Positions 13,146 through 25,924 of a DNA stretch of 64,000 bases are shown here, in pieces (position 1 is the first letter of the stretch; the number at the start of each line of letters is the position of its first letter). Both the position numbers and the translations under genes were made by a program. The notes beneath the pieces were generated by a model. That model saw only the letters and a program-made list of their open reading frames with translations. It searched no databases and was not told where the DNA came from. Source of the DNA: Hemiscyllium ocellatum (lineage: Eukaryota); NCBI RefSeq assembly GCF_020745735.1, contig NC_083410.1:3942117-4006116 (forward strand), in the 5' to 3' direction.

Positions 13146-15660
13146 CCTCACCACTTAAGAAAAAAAAAAGAACTATCATAATGAAAAAGATTACCTCTGT
13201 TTTAAATTCTTAATCCCATTACACTGAAATACATGGGTCATAATCGAAGTTCATATTAATTTCTGCATATGTACGTATAACATTGGAATTTGTCCAATTT
13301 TATCTGTATTTTGTCCTTTAAATCCATGATAACGCATCTGCTATTGCATTTTTATGACCCATCTCATGTACAATTTGTAAATCAAAAGTCTGTAACCTAA
13401 GGTTCCAATTGAATAGTCTCTTTTTTTGCCTTTAAATCATTCCAAGAATGTGAGAGGCTTGTTATCCATCTACACAACTGTCTCCAACACGCTGTTCGTC
13501 CCATAAATATGAAAATATTGTCAGGCTAGTACCAAACTCAATAATTCTCTTTCGATGGTAGAGTATTTTCTCTGGTGAGTGTTCAGCTTCTTTGAAAAGT
13601 ATCCAACTGGCCATTCCATTCCATCATCATCTTCCTGTAGCAGCACAGCTCCAACTGTTATATCGCTAGCATCAATTGCAACTTTGAAGGGTTTCAAAAA
13701 TTTTGGTGTAGCTGAAACTGGTTAATACTGCTTTTATATTGTCAAATGCCTCCTGGCATTTTTCCTACCATCAAAAATTTGTGTTCATTCGTAAATCTGT
13801 TAGCGGTACCACGGTGCTGTTGAAGATTGAAACAAACTTCCAGTAGAATCCTCTTTCTTTGAGGATGGTCGTGGAAATTCCTCGATGGCTTTTGTCTTCG
13901 CATTCTTTGGGGTCAGCCTTCCATGATCCATGTTATGTCCTAGGAACATCACTTCTGCATTTGCAAATTCTGTTTTCTTTAAGTTTATTACCTATTTTGC
14001 TTTTATTAATCATTCAAAAGAACTCTGGCAACTGTACAACATGATCTTCCATGACTCACTAAAGATCACTACATTATCCAGATAAACTGCACAGTTTGCT
14101 TTAACACAGCCACAACTCTGTTCATGAGACTTTGGAACGTGGCTGGTGCATTCTTCATTCCAAAAGGCATCACTTTGAATTGGTATAGTCTATTTGGGGT
14201 TACAAATGCAGTAACTTCTCTTGCTTTCTCTGATAAAGGTACCTGCCAATAACCACATAGTAAGTCCAACTTTTTGATGTAACTGGCTTGTCCAACTTTC
14301 TCTACACAGACCTCCAATCTTGATATTGGGTATGAGTCCAACTTTGTGATGGCATTGCCCTTCCATTAGTCCACGCAAAATTGTTAAGTCCTATCAGGTT
14401 TGGGAATTAACACAATCGGTAAACTTCACTCCCTCTGACTCGGGTTCAATGATATCTTTATTGAGCATCACATCCACTTCCTTCTGGACCTGTGTGGCTT
14501 TTAAAGGTTTAAGTCTTGTAGGAGTATTGTTTTATTGGAACAGCATTCCCACTTCCACCTCATGCACAATAGTATTAGTCCTGCCCATCTAATTCCTGCA
14601 CATATCCTCATATTGCTGCAACAAATCTTTTAACTGGGCTCTTTGCTCCTGAGACAGATAGTTCATTAATCTCCTCAAAGGCTTGCTCATTATTTAACAT
14701 ATGTTGAGGCACATCAAACTCCATGACACCTGGATTTGATTCCTCACTCTGTTGGGCAGTAACTAACATCTGTTTCTCCAGTTGCCTGTCTGTTATAATA
14801 AGGTTTCAACATATTCGCATGACGTACCCGGTACAGAGTTTTTCCATCCGGCATCTTTGTCAGATAGTTTACCTGATTTAAATTTTTTTCTCAATTTGAT
14901 TGGGACCACTAAACCTGTCTTTGAAGAGATCTCCTGCCACTGGTAACATGACTAATACATCATCCCGATGGGAAAACGTCTGACTTTTAGAGTTTTTATC
15001 TGCCACCTGCTTCATTCTATAATGTGCCCTCTTCTGCTGCTATTTAGCTCACTCTCCTACGTGATTTAATCTCTCCCTCACCTCCGATAAATAATCTGAG
15101 TGTGACACCTCTGACTTCAGTTCTGTAATTTATTTATTTAATTAATTTCGAAGGCCCTCTCCCATCATGTCTGAATATTAACTCAAAGGGAGTAAACTGA
15201 GTTGATGCATTTGGGGCATCTCTAATGGCAAACAATATGAATGGGACATCTTTACCCAATCATTTGGGTAATCCTGACCGTACATTCTTAACATGATCTT
15301 CAGGTTCTGATGCCACTTTTCCAAAGCTCCCTGGGATTCAGGATGGTATGCACTTGATTAAAAGTGCTGTCTGCCTAAGCTGTCCATGATTTCATTAAAC
15401 AGCCTAGCAGTAACATTAGACCCTGGGTCTGACTGAATCTCTCTGCATTGTCCATATCGCATAAAGAAAGACACTAACTCCTGTAACCACTCATTTTGAA
15501 TTTATCCTCCATAATGGTAAGCAAGCACTGGTTTCCACTTTTAGTTTTCGGGAGGGGACCCACATAATCAATCATTACCCACGTGAGAAGTTCTTCAAAT
15601 GCGGGAATTGTCAACAAAGGTGCTGGTTTTATTACTGCCTGTGGCTTGCTCACCTCCATT

Positions 15661-15838
15661 CACCCATTGTACTCTATGCTACTTTCTCCCCACCCCCACA
15701 CCCCTCTCATTTATCTCTCCACTCTGCAGACACTCTGCCTTTTTTCCTGATGAAGGGCTTTTGCCCGAAACGTCGATTTTCCTGCTCCTCGGATACTGGC
15801 TGACCTGCTGTGCTTTTCCAGCACCACTCTAATCTAAT
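15661..15838 (+). mobile_element. Penelope/Neptune 3' terminal fragment inserted in Gypsy integrase
   Basis: Interrupts CQMV/GKPQ; contains a hammerhead core; imperfect 11-bp TSD TCACCTCCATT/TCACTACCATT. Confidence 0.75.
15747..15774 (+). ncRNA. Minimal type I hammerhead ribozyme motif
   Basis: CUGAUGA-A-GGGC(UUUU)GCCC-GAAA-CGUC: intact core, palindromic ACGU stem III, GUC cleavage triplet. Confidence 0.75.
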
Positions 15839-16185
15839 CACTACCATTTGGCATGCATGACACGTACGGTAGAACTTAACCATATTCTTGTGCATTCCAG
15901 GCTAATAGAAATGCTTCTGTACCTTAGCCTGAGTCTTCCTCACATGTCGGTGACCTCCTTCTGGTCATTTCTGTGCTTCCTGAAACATTTCCTGCCTATA
16001 TGCTACCAGCAACACAATCTGGTGAACTGTGACCCATTTTTCCTCTGCAATAACCTGTCATGGTATCCATTTTCATCTGAGGATTCTATCTTTCAGATAA
16101 TAACCCTCAGGAATCCATTCTGATTCCTTTTCTGAATATACATCAATGTATATATCTTTTATTGTCTCATCTTTCTGTTGGGGAG

Positions 16186-16755
16186 AAAGTGAGGACTGCA
16201 GATGCTGGAGATCAGAGCTGAAAATGCGTTGCTGGAAAAGCGCAGCAGGTCAGGCAGCATCCAAGGAACAGGAGAATCAATGTTTCTGGCATGAGCCCTT
16301 CTTCAGGAATGAGGAAAGTGTGTCCAGCAGGCTAAGATAAAAGGTAGGGAGGAGGGACTTGGGGGAGGGGTGATGGAGATGTGATAGGTGGAAGGAGGTC
16401 AAGGTGAGGGTGATAGGCTGGAGTGGGGGTGGGGGCGGAGAGGTCAGGAAGAAGATTGCAGGTTAGGAGGGCGGTGCTGAGTTCGAGGGATTTGACTGAG
16501 ACAAGGTGGGGGGAGGGGAAATGAGGAAACTGGAGAAATTTGACTTCATCCCTTGTGGTTGGAGGGTACTTAGGTGGAAGATGAGGCGCTTTTCCACCAG
16601 CCATTGTGTTGCTATGGTCTGGCGATGGAGGAGTCCAAGGACCTGCATGTCCTTGGTGGAGTTGGAGGGGGAGTTGAATTATTGAGCCACGGGGTGGTTG
16701 GGTTGGTTGGTCCGGGTGTCCAAGAGGTGTTCTCTGAAATGTTCCGCAAGTAGGT
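16186..16755 (-). mobile_element. Neptune-type Penelope-like element, 5'-truncated (GIY-YIG C-terminus + pLTR)
   Basis: LAEHFREHLLDTRTNQPNHPVAQ..DMQVLGLLHRQT..RLIFHLSTLQPQGM; degenerate hammerhead at 16279-16306. Confidence 0.85.
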
Positions 16756-16844
16756 GACTGTCAACATTTTTGATATATTCTGAGAATTTGAAAGATGAAG
16801 TAATATATTTCTCTGTGTTAGCTCCATCTGTTTCCCACACACAG

Positions 16845-17192
16845 ACCCATTGGCTGATCCAGTCCTCATTCAGGATCCAGTGGTCAGCAAGGTAGCAGAG
16901 GGAGAAACTGACAAGTTCCAGTGTGCCATGTACAATACCAGTGTGATTGACACTGATGTCCACTGGCACTACCAGCGACCTGGCAGCAACAGGGAGTGGG
17001 TGATAAGCCACTTTGTGAATGGCACCCTCATCAAGGCCCAGGGTTTCCACGATCGGGTTCAGCTTTCCAGGAATGTCCACAGGAACAGTTACATTCTGAG
17101 CCTTGTGAATGTAACTCTCAATGATACTGATGTGTACAGCTGTAGTGTGTGGGGCTACATCTATGGAGCAGGGAGCCAGCTCAATGTAACTG
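16845..17192 (+). CDS. Intact germline-joined VJ-type Ig V-domain exon (subfamily B), non-rearranging antigen-receptor-like
   Basis: Acceptor CCACACACAG/, donor /GTAGGT, 348 nt, phase 1-1, no stops: DPVLIQDPVVSKVAEGETDKFQC..DVHWHYQRPG..DRVQLSRNVHRNSYILSLVNVTLNDTDVYSCSVWGYIYGAGSQLNVT; Cys-Trp-Cys and YGAG G-strand present; no RSS. Confidence 0.9.
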
Positions 17193-17409
17193 GTAGGTCA
17201 ATGGGAGGGAACACAGGCAGCTGCACAGAACCAACTGGGAACTGTTTTACCTTCACACTGTAGAGCAGACAAGTGGAATCTTATAATTTCATCCTACATG
17301 TTTCATGGAGGGGCACAAAATGAGCAGTGGGAATGTTAGTTCCAGAGGCAAAATACAAAGATTGAATTGTTGAAATATGAGAATGAATTGATAGTTTTTC
17401 TATTATCCC

Positions 17410-18515
17410 ATGGATATGGGTGTGATTGGGCTGGAACAGTATTCCTGGCTTAAAGGTAGAAAACCGAGGGTGGTCGTGGAGGGTTGTTTTTCAGACTGGA
17501 GGCCTATGACCAGTGGAGTGCCACAAGGATCCGTGCTGGGTCCTCTACTTTTCATCATTTACATAAATGATTTAGATGTGAGCATAAGAGGTACAGTTAG
17601 TAAGTTTGCAGAAAACACCAAAATTGGAGGTGTAGTGGACAGCGAAGATAGTTACCTCAGATTACAACAGGATCTTGACCAAATGGGCCAATGGGCTGAG
17701 AAGTGGCAGATGGAGTTTAATTCGGATAAATGCAAGGTGCTGCATTTTGGAAAAGCAAATCATAGCAGGACTTATACATTTAATGGTAAGGTCCTAGGGA
17801 GTGTTGCTGAACAAAGAGACCTTGGAGTGCAGGTTCCTAGCTACTTGAAAATGGAGTCCCAGGTAGATAGGACAGTGAAGAAGGCACTTGGTATTCTTTC
17901 CTTTATTGGTCAGAGTGTTGAATACAGGAGTTGGGAAGTCATTTTGCAGCTGTACAGGACATTGGTTAGGTCACTGTTGGAATATTGCATGCAATTCTCA
18001 TTTCCTTCCTGTGGGAAAGAAGTTGTGAATCTTGAAAGGTTTCAGAAAAGATTTACAAGGATGTTGCCAGGGTTAGAGGATTTGAGCTACAGGGAGAGGC
18101 TGAACATGCTGGGGCTGTTTTCCCTGTAGTGTCAAAGGCGAAGGGGTGACGTTATATGAGGGGCATGGATAGGGTAAATAGGCAAAGTCTTTTCCATGGG
18201 GTCGGGGAGTCCAGAACTAGAGGGCATAGGTTTAGGTAAGAGGGGAAATATATGAAAGAGACCTTTTGGGCAGTGTTTTCACACAGAGGGTGGTACGTGT
18301 ATGGAATGAGCTGCCGAAAGAAGTGATGGAGGCTGGTACAACCACAACATTTAAGAGGCATTTGGATGGGTATATGAATAGGAAGGGTTTGGAGAGAAAT
18401 GGGTCAGGTGTTGACAGGTGGGACTAGATTGGGTTGGGATATCTGGTCGGCATGGATGGGTTGGACCGAATGGTCTGTTTCCATGCTGTACATCTCTATG
18501 ACTCTCTGACTCTAT
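17410..18515 (+). mobile_element. CR1 LINE 3' portion
   Basis: ORF 17410..18129 SGVPQGSVLGPLLFIIYINDL..FAENTKIG; CR1 3' UTR and tail near 18490-18515. Confidence 0.95.
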
Positions 18516-18786
18516 AATGATTTGGATTGTTTCCCTTGTGGTGTCAGGGAGATTGTGCCTAGTTTACACCGGACTGGAGAAAAATTTGGAGAGGGTGGAG
18601 AAGGATCCACTCGTCATGGTCTATGTTGGGACGAATAACACTGGGAGCACAAGAAAGGAGGTCTCACTGAAAGACTGTGACCAATTGGAGGCTAAATGAT
18701 AAAGCAGAATAAAATCTGATTGAAGATTTGTAGCTCGGATATCCGTTGTTGTGATTCTGTTCGCCGAGCTGGAAGTTTTTGCTGCA

Positions 18787-18820
18787 AACGTTTCGTTCCC
18801 TGGCTAGGGAACATCATCAG
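18787..18820 (-). ncRNA. Hammerhead ribozyme motif in inverted pLTR
   Basis: CUGAUGA-U-GUUCCCU(AGCC)AGGGAAC-GAAA-CGUU on the minus strand. Confidence 0.65.
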
Positions 18821-20021
18821 TGCTGTTGGAGCCTCGTGTGAAGCGCTGCTTTGATGTTTCTTCCGGTATTTATATTGGTTTGTTCTTGCCGCTTCCGGGT
18901 GTCAGTTTCAGCTGCAGTGATTTGTATGTGGGGTCCAGGTCGATGTGTCTGTTGATGGATGTTCTTGCCGCTTCCGGGTGTCAGTTTCAGCTGTAGTGGT
19001 TTGTATTCATCAAAAACACAGATATAGAAAAAACACACCGAATCATCAACGCCACACTCACAGGAATCCGATTCACATGAGAAGAGGAAAAGGATAGCCA
19101 ACTCCCATTCCTAGACGTGTTAGTAGAGAGAACACCCAACGGAGAATTCACCACAAGGGTACACAGGAAACCAACACACACAGACCAAGTCTTAAACTAT
19201 GAAAGTAACCACCCCAACACACACAAACGAAGCTGCATCAGGACACTATTCAAAAGGGCCACAACACACTGCAGTACACCAGAACTGCGAAAAGAGGAAG
19301 AGGAACATCTATACAAGGTATTCGCCAAAAACGGATACCCACGCAACTTTATTACCAGATGCCTAAGAGATAGACCGAGGAACGAGGACATGCCACAACC
19401 AAAAGGACTAGCTACTCTACCATACGTCAGGAGCGTCTCAGAACTGACAGCCAGACTACTGCGACCCTTAGGACTCATAACAGCACACAAGCCAACATCC
19501 ACGCTCAAACAACAACTCACTAGAACAAAGGACCCAATACCCAGCATGAGCCAAACTAACGTAGTTTACAAAATACCATGCAAGGACTGCACAAAACACT
19601 GTATAGGACAAACAGGAAGACAGCTAACAATCCGCATCCATGAACATCAGCTAGCCACAAAACGACATGACCAGCTATCTCTAGTAGCCATACACTCAGA
19701 CAACCAGCAACACAAATTTGACTGGGAAAACACCACTATCATAGGACAAGCCAGACAGAGAACAGCCAGAGAATTCCTAGAAGCATGGCATTCATCCCCA
19801 AACTCCATCAACAGACACATTGACCTGGACACCATATACAAACCACTACAGCTGAAACTGACACCCGGAAGCGGCAAGAACATCCATCAACAGACACATC
19901 GACCTGGACCCCACATACAAATCACTGCAGCTGAAACTGACACCCGGAAGCGGCAAGAACAAACCAATATAAATACCGGAAGAAACATCAAAGCAGCGCT
20001 TCACACGAGGCTCCAACAGCA

Positions 20022-20055
20022 CTGATGATGTTCCCTAGCCAGGGAACGAAACGTT
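20022..20055 (+). ncRNA. Hammerhead ribozyme motif in 3' pLTR
   Basis: CUGAUGA-U-GUUCCCU(AGCC)AGGGAAC-GAAA-CGUU; perfect 7-bp stem II. Confidence 0.65.
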
Positions 20056-20640
20056 TGCAGCAAAAACTTCCAGCTCGGCGAACAGAACCACGATAAAGCA
20101 GAATTTCCAAGGTGAGAATATCTGGATTACTGCCTGAGCCACAGCAAACTAGCACTGGGTAAATACAGTCAAGCAGTTCAATACATGGCTCAGAGTTCAG
20201 TCTGAGTGGAATGGGTTTTAGTTTGTGTGGCACTAGCACCAGTACTGGGGTAAAAGAGAGCTGTTCTTCTGTGGCAAGCTTCACATTTTGGTCTCAGCTG
20301 GAGATCACCAAGCAAGATACAGGATTAGTTAAATACAGAGCCTGAAATTATTCCTCAGCAACCTGTGGGGATGTGCTGTACCACAGGGTTGGATTTGATA
20401 GGGACACTGCCAGTGTGCCACAGCCCCGATGCTGTCATTGGTTACACGTCTCAAGGGCAGCAGCTTCTCTCAAACAAATGGCTCAGACCATTTATCATTT
20501 CTGTTGCTGTACATTCCAAGGCAGTTGTTGATAACACATGAATACACAGTGGGTTAGGGTGACGTGGGAGAGGAAGACTTTGTCACCTCAAATGTGCACA
20601 AGCTGCCAGCAGCTCCTCGTCATACTTTTCAATTAATTAG

Positions 20641-20690
20641 CTCAAAAACACAGACACACAGTTTAATGGTCAGATAATTAGATTTTTATT
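20641..20690 (-). terminator. Candidate polyadenylation site
   Basis: AATAAA (minus, 20690-20685) followed about 25-45 nt downstream by a GT-rich element TGTGTGTCTGTGTTTTT, in unique AT-rich 3'UTR-like sequence. Confidence 0.4.
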
Positions 20691-20999
20691 CAGAAACTGG
20701 TTATATCAGTCAAATCAAACACAATTCAAAATATCTGCTGAACACTCTCTGCCAAAAATAATTGACAAAGATAAACAAGAAGAAAACAGCCAAACCACAG
20801 ACAGAATCTGTTATTCCCTATTGCTCATGATGTCATTTGCCAGTCTCTAACGGCAACATTTGAAAGCTATACTAGTTCAAAATGCCGAAGCTGATGTGTG
20901 ATTTGGCTCAATCTTGATTAAACAACAACAATTTGCAGTTTTATAGTGCCTTTAATACAGGTAAACTTTCCAGGGTTTCTCAAATGGAGTCACATGGGG

Positions 21000-22130
21000 A
21001 GATATTAGTCTGGGTGACATTCCACAATGGCAGCTGATATGAGGAGGAATTTCATCAGCCAGAGGGTGATGAATCTGTGGAAATTATCATTGAAAGGGCT
21101 GGAAATGCTATAGTTTGGGTACTTTAAAAGAGGGGGAGGTGTGACATTGTTAGTCAAGGACGGTATTAGAGTGACAGCAAGGACATTTGAGGACTCGTCT
21201 GCTGAGGTAGACTGGGCTAAGGTTAGAAACAGGAGAGGAGAGGTCACAAAGTTGTGAGTTTTCTACAGGCCTCTGGAAAATTCCAGAGATGTAAAGGAAA
21301 AGATACAATGATGATTTTGGATAGAAAAGAGAGTCACAGAGGGCTGATGGAGTAATATTGAGAAAATTCTACGTTAACCCAATGTTTCCATTAATTGTTG
21401 TAAAAACCCATCTGGTTCTACTATCCTTACCTGGTCTGGCCGACATGTGACTTCAGACCCACAGAGATGCAGATTGCTCTTATTGCCCTCTGGAATAAAC
21501 AGTGAAGTGACTCAGTTTCAGGGCAATTAGGGATGAGGAACAAATGCTGGCTTTCCCAGCGATGCCTACATCCCATCACAAAATTAAGTAAAAGAGTTCC
21601 CGGGGACTCCACAGTAACCTGCCCATTACCTGGAGCAGTTTAATTAATATTGTGGTGACAAGAGCAGGTGGCATCATGTAACTTGCACTCTGACTCCCGC
21701 AGCCTCTCCACCATGTTTCTGCAAAACAAAAGGCAGGAATATGATGGAATTCTTCTCAATTGCCTGGATGAGTGTAGCTCCAACAACATTCAAGAAGGTT
21801 CACACCATCCAGGACAAACCAACCCGCTTGATTGAAACACAACTAACACCTTCAACACCGATGGACAGTCTGTACCATCTACAAGTTGCCCTTCAGTAAC
21901 TCACCAAAGCTCCTCCAACAGTAGCCTCTGAACCTACATCCTGTCCCATCTGAAAGGGCAAGGACAGTAGCTACATGGGACACCATCTCTTTCAGGTTCC
22001 TCTCCAAGGCACACACCATCCAGACTTGGAAATAAATCATCCTCATTCCTTCAACGTCATTGGATCAAATGTCCCAACACCAAATGGACCACAGCAGTTC
22101 AGGAAGGCAACTCACCATCATCACCTTCTC
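21000..22130 (+). mobile_element. CR1 endonuclease fragment, Deu-domain SINE-like tail and CR1/L2 3' fragment
   Basis: KRGGGVTLLV and FYRP motifs at 21120-21280; GGCAATTAGGGATG..AAATGCTGGC tail at 21520-21590. Confidence 0.6.
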
Positions 22131-22929
22131 AAAACATAGTAAACAGGAGCTAGAGTAGGCCATTCAGCCCATTGTCCCTTTACCATCTTTCAACATAATC
22201 ATGGTTGATCATCCAACACAGTCCCCTGTTGCTGCTTTCTCTCTATACCCTTTGATATCTTCAGCCCTCAGAACGATATTGAACTCCTCCTTGAAAACAT
22301 TCAATGTTTTGGCCTCAACTGATTCCTGTAGCTGAGAATTTCTGGAATGGATTATGAAGAAGCAATGTGTAATAATGAAAGCAAAATGTTTCCTTTACCT
22401 GTGAGCTTCATTCCATGATATCCAGGTCCAGAATGATTTCCTGTCAGAGATAATGTTTCCCAGATAATTTCAGTTTCAGGTACCTGGCTGAATATATCCC
22501 TTACTCAACTGGACCTTCCAAAATTCCTTGAGAAATTTTACTCTAAGCTAATTATTGTGCAACAGTGCAAACTTGATGAACTGATTGGTCTCAGTCTGTG
22601 TTGTAAGTTACATTATTCTGCATGTAAGCCTGTGATGTTGGTGAAATTTGTTTTTGAGAAAACAGAAATACCTGAGAGAAAACAGAAGACTGAAAGGAGA
22701 GTAAAGACTGGGAAGGCACAGTGCAGAATTGATGTAATGGAGTCAAAGATACAACAGTAGTTTCAAAAATGGCATATACACAACTGACAAATAAATGAAA
22801 CTTAACGTGACCTACAGTTTTCTATATCATAACTCAACAATTAAGGAATCTGTACAAATCAGTTCAATGGTCCCTGTCTACAGGATTCAATAGGATGGTT
22901 ATTTTGTTCATCAGGATTTGCTGTTTGTC

Positions 22930-22979
22930 GATCTCTCTCTCTCTCTCTCTCTCTCTTTCTCCCCCCCCCCCCCCCCCCA
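22930..22979. repeat. (CT)n microsatellite + poly-C run
   Basis: Seen directly. Confidence 0.9.
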
Positions 22980-23454
22980 AGTGTTTTCCACTTCCTTGTA
23001 GAAAACATAGAATGGCTGATTTACAAACTCTGCTGAAAAGCAACAGCTTGCAGCAGCTGCTAAGGGAGAATAAACAGCTTTCTTCAGGCATTATTTACTT
23101 TTACTGCAGAGAAAAGGACTCCACCTCAATTTCCAGAGGTCCGATGGCTTCTGGATATAATCACTCACGCTCACAAGTTGTTCATCCCACATGATGTGTT
23201 GATGCCGGTGTTGTACTGGGGCGCACATAGTCAGAGGTCACATGACACAAGGTTATGCTCCAACAAATTTATTTTAAGTCACAGGTTTCAGAGCGCTGTT
23301 CCTACATCAGGTGAAGTGTTAACAATCACACTGTTGTTGGCAGGCACACGGCCATGACACGGAAAGCTGGTTCCCACTTCCCAGATCAGTCAGTTATTTG
23401 TTGCATCTCCTCCATCCCCATGCTGCCATTTTGTCTGAAATAAATAGCACCGCC

Positions 23455-25560
23455 TCCACTGGGCCTCTTCTGTAGTACTGTGTGCAGCTCTGATCACTCC
23501 GCTATTAGAAGAAAATTATTAAACAGGAGAAGGTTCAGAAAAGATTTCCAGGATGTTGCCAGGAATGGAGGGTTTGAGCTACAAAAATAGCCTGGGAGTT
23601 TTTCCACTGGAGCATTGAAGGGGTGATCTTCTCGAGCTTTCTAAAATCATGAGGGGCAAAGATCAGGTGAATAGCCTGAGCATTTTCCCTAGGGTGTGGG
23701 GAATTCAAAACTCGGGGGCACATTTTTGAGGTGAGAGGAGAAAGATTTCAAAAGAACTTGAGGACACTTCACCTGAAGGAGTGGTTACACTCCAAAAGCC
23801 TATGATTTCAGATAAACCTGTTGGACTATAATCTGCTGTTGTGTGAGTTTAGACTTTGCGAATGTAGAGAACAATGCAGTTTCAGAGCTAAGGCAAGTTT
23901 CAACTCCAAAAAACAGGATGACACCTCCACGTTCTCCCATTGTCTGTTGCAAGTATCAGCCCTACAAAGCTCTGCAGAAAACTCAACATGTTAAGGAAGC
24001 CTGTCCTCACTTCATGCTAGGAGAAAGTGAGGACTGCAGATGCTGGAGATCACAGCCGAGAGTGTGGTACTGGAAAAGCACAGCAGGTCAGGTGGCATCC
24101 AAGGAGCAGGAGAATTGATGTTTCAGGCAAAAGCCCTGATGAAGGGCTGCGCATTGAACTATCCTGGCTGGCGAGGTAGGGATTGCCTCAACCAGAGGGA
24201 CTGCTGGGTGCAGCTGCTGCCATTGAGAGATGTATAGTCTGATTGTAATTGTTTTCCTGGAAAGGAGCTGAATGGTTAAGTATTTATATTAATTTATTGT
24301 TTTGCCCATCTCATACTGATGTGCCTATTCAGCACCCAGCTTCCTTCGGGTGATGTCTTGCAGCATTGTCACAACACATGGTGACAAAGCAGGCAATAAA
24401 GTGTTGAGAATTGATGAGGAGAAGTTATTGGATAAACTATTGTTTCTCCACGTTGACAAGATACCAGGACCAGATGTGATGTATCCAGTCATTCTCAATG
24501 AAGTGTAAGGAGAAACTGTGGAGACATTGGCCTTAATCGCTCAGTCTTCCCTTAACTCAGGAGAGGAACCAAAAGAATGGAGACTTGCAAACACCATGCC
24601 CTTTTAGTTATTATAACATCATGCCCATAGTTATTATACACCAGTCAGTGACTAACAGTGAAACAGCTATTTGGAATTGAATTGGCAGCCATATGCAAAA
24701 TTTATTTGGAACAAGAACTGTTAGCATGTTAGGATAGAGAGGGAAATACAGAGAGAGGAAGGAGAATGAGGAGGTCAGAGAGATAGACAAACAGGGGCGA
24801 GAGGGATACAGGGATATAGAAATTAGAAGTGGTGAGATATTTAAAAAAAGGAAAGAGATGGAGAAATAATTGGAAATAGAGAGAGACAGAGAGATGACCA
24901 CAGACAGAGAAATAAAAGTGAGGTAGATTGAGAGATAGAAAGAAAGAGAGCAAGGGACAGAGTAAAGAGCAAGAAAAGTCAAGCAGGAAGCATGTGGACC
25001 AGAGATAAAATAGAAGAAGCCAGGCAGGGAAAATGAGAGAATGAGAGAAAAATAAGTCAGGATGAATGAAAGGAAGAGAGATCAGTAACAGATAGAATTT
25101 ATTCCTGATAAATGTGAGATAATGCACTTTGGAAGAAGTAACAAGACATGGGAATACTCAATGAATAGAGGGACACTAGGAAACTGAGAGGAACAGAGTG
25201 GTTTCAGACATGAAGAGAGACAATAAGCTTGAGTTGCTTTCTTTGGAGCAGAGAAGATTCGATGAGGGGTTAGGGGTGTAACAGACATGAATAAGGTATT
25301 GACAGGGTGATTATAAAGCAGCTATTCCCATTAGTCAAAAGGTCAGTCACAAGGGGGCAGAACTTTAAAGTGAAAGACAGCAGGTTCAGAGGAGATTTGA
25401 GGAAACCTTCTTCACCCAGAGGGTGGTGGGTGTCTGGAATGTACTGCTTGAGAAGATGGTTGAGGGAGGAAAGCTCACAAATTCAAAACTACATGGATAA
25501 GCACTTGATCATAATGCTATACATTTAGGCATTCCATAATTGGCCCAGTGCAGGAATGAT
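23455..25560 (+). mobile_element. Decayed CR1 fragments with Penelope-end insertions and a GA-rich tract (24730-25085)
   Basis: CR1 motifs at 23470-23760, 24400-24720 and 25090-25500; GAAAGTGAGGACTGCAGATGCTGG repeat at 24020-24150. Confidence 0.65.
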
Positions 25561-25924
25561 GTGATTGTCTCGCGGTTATTGCTAGTCAATTAATCTGGAA
25601 ATTCAACTAATGTTGAGAGAACTCATGCAAAATCCATCCAGATGCTGCAATTTGAGTTCCATGAAATTTTCAAAATAGGAATCCAGTGATTACCAGAAAA
25701 TCATTGCCAATTGACAGGAAAAGCTAACTGGTTCACTAATGTGTTTTAAGGAAGGAAGCTTGCATCCATACATGGTCTGGCTCCAGACCCATGGCAATGT
25801 GGTTGACTCTGAGCTGCTATCTGGTAATTAGGGATGTGAGTAAATGCTGGCCTAATGAGCAAAGCCCTCACCCATGAATGAATAAAAACGCCCTCACTCA
25901 CCCATTACCATCAAGTCTGGTAAT

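Larger units (their letters stand above)
13146..16185 (-). mobile_element. Gmr1-like Ty3/Gypsy pol remnant (INT-RT-RNase H order)
   Basis: Integrase: RTCHACQ, KPAPLLTIPAFEE..VMIDYVGPLPKTKSGNQ, VLVMLPV..RFSGP; RT: KKLDLLCGYWQVPL..YQFKVMPFGMKNAPATFQ (14069-14341); RNase H: PFKVAIDASDITVGAVLLQED..GYFSKKLN (about 13560-13720). Confidence 0.9.
18711..20091 (+). mobile_element. Young Penelope (Poseidon-like) element, 5'-truncated, with inverted 5' pLTR
   Basis: ORF 19117..20025 covers RT thumb (LPFLDVLVER, RKPTHTDQVLNY) and GIY-YIG (VVYKIPCKDC..IGQTGR); 256-bp inverted repeat 18751-19006 / 19836-20091; 13-bp TSD GATAAAGCAGAAT at 18698-18710 and 20092-20104. Confidence 0.95.
18540..20285 (+). mobile_element. 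CR1 ORF1 esterase-domain remnant split by a Penelope insertion
   Basis: KDPLVMVYVGTNNTGSTRKEVSLKDCDQLEAK / SRISKVRISGLLPEP continues across 18711-20091. Confidence 0.75.

Noticed and set aside
22420-22670. Minus-strand pair of exons resembling TCR C plus connecting peptide
   Set aside because: The implied intron is only 43 nt and the larger block has stops in all frames; only a 42-nt candidate remains, which is unsupported.
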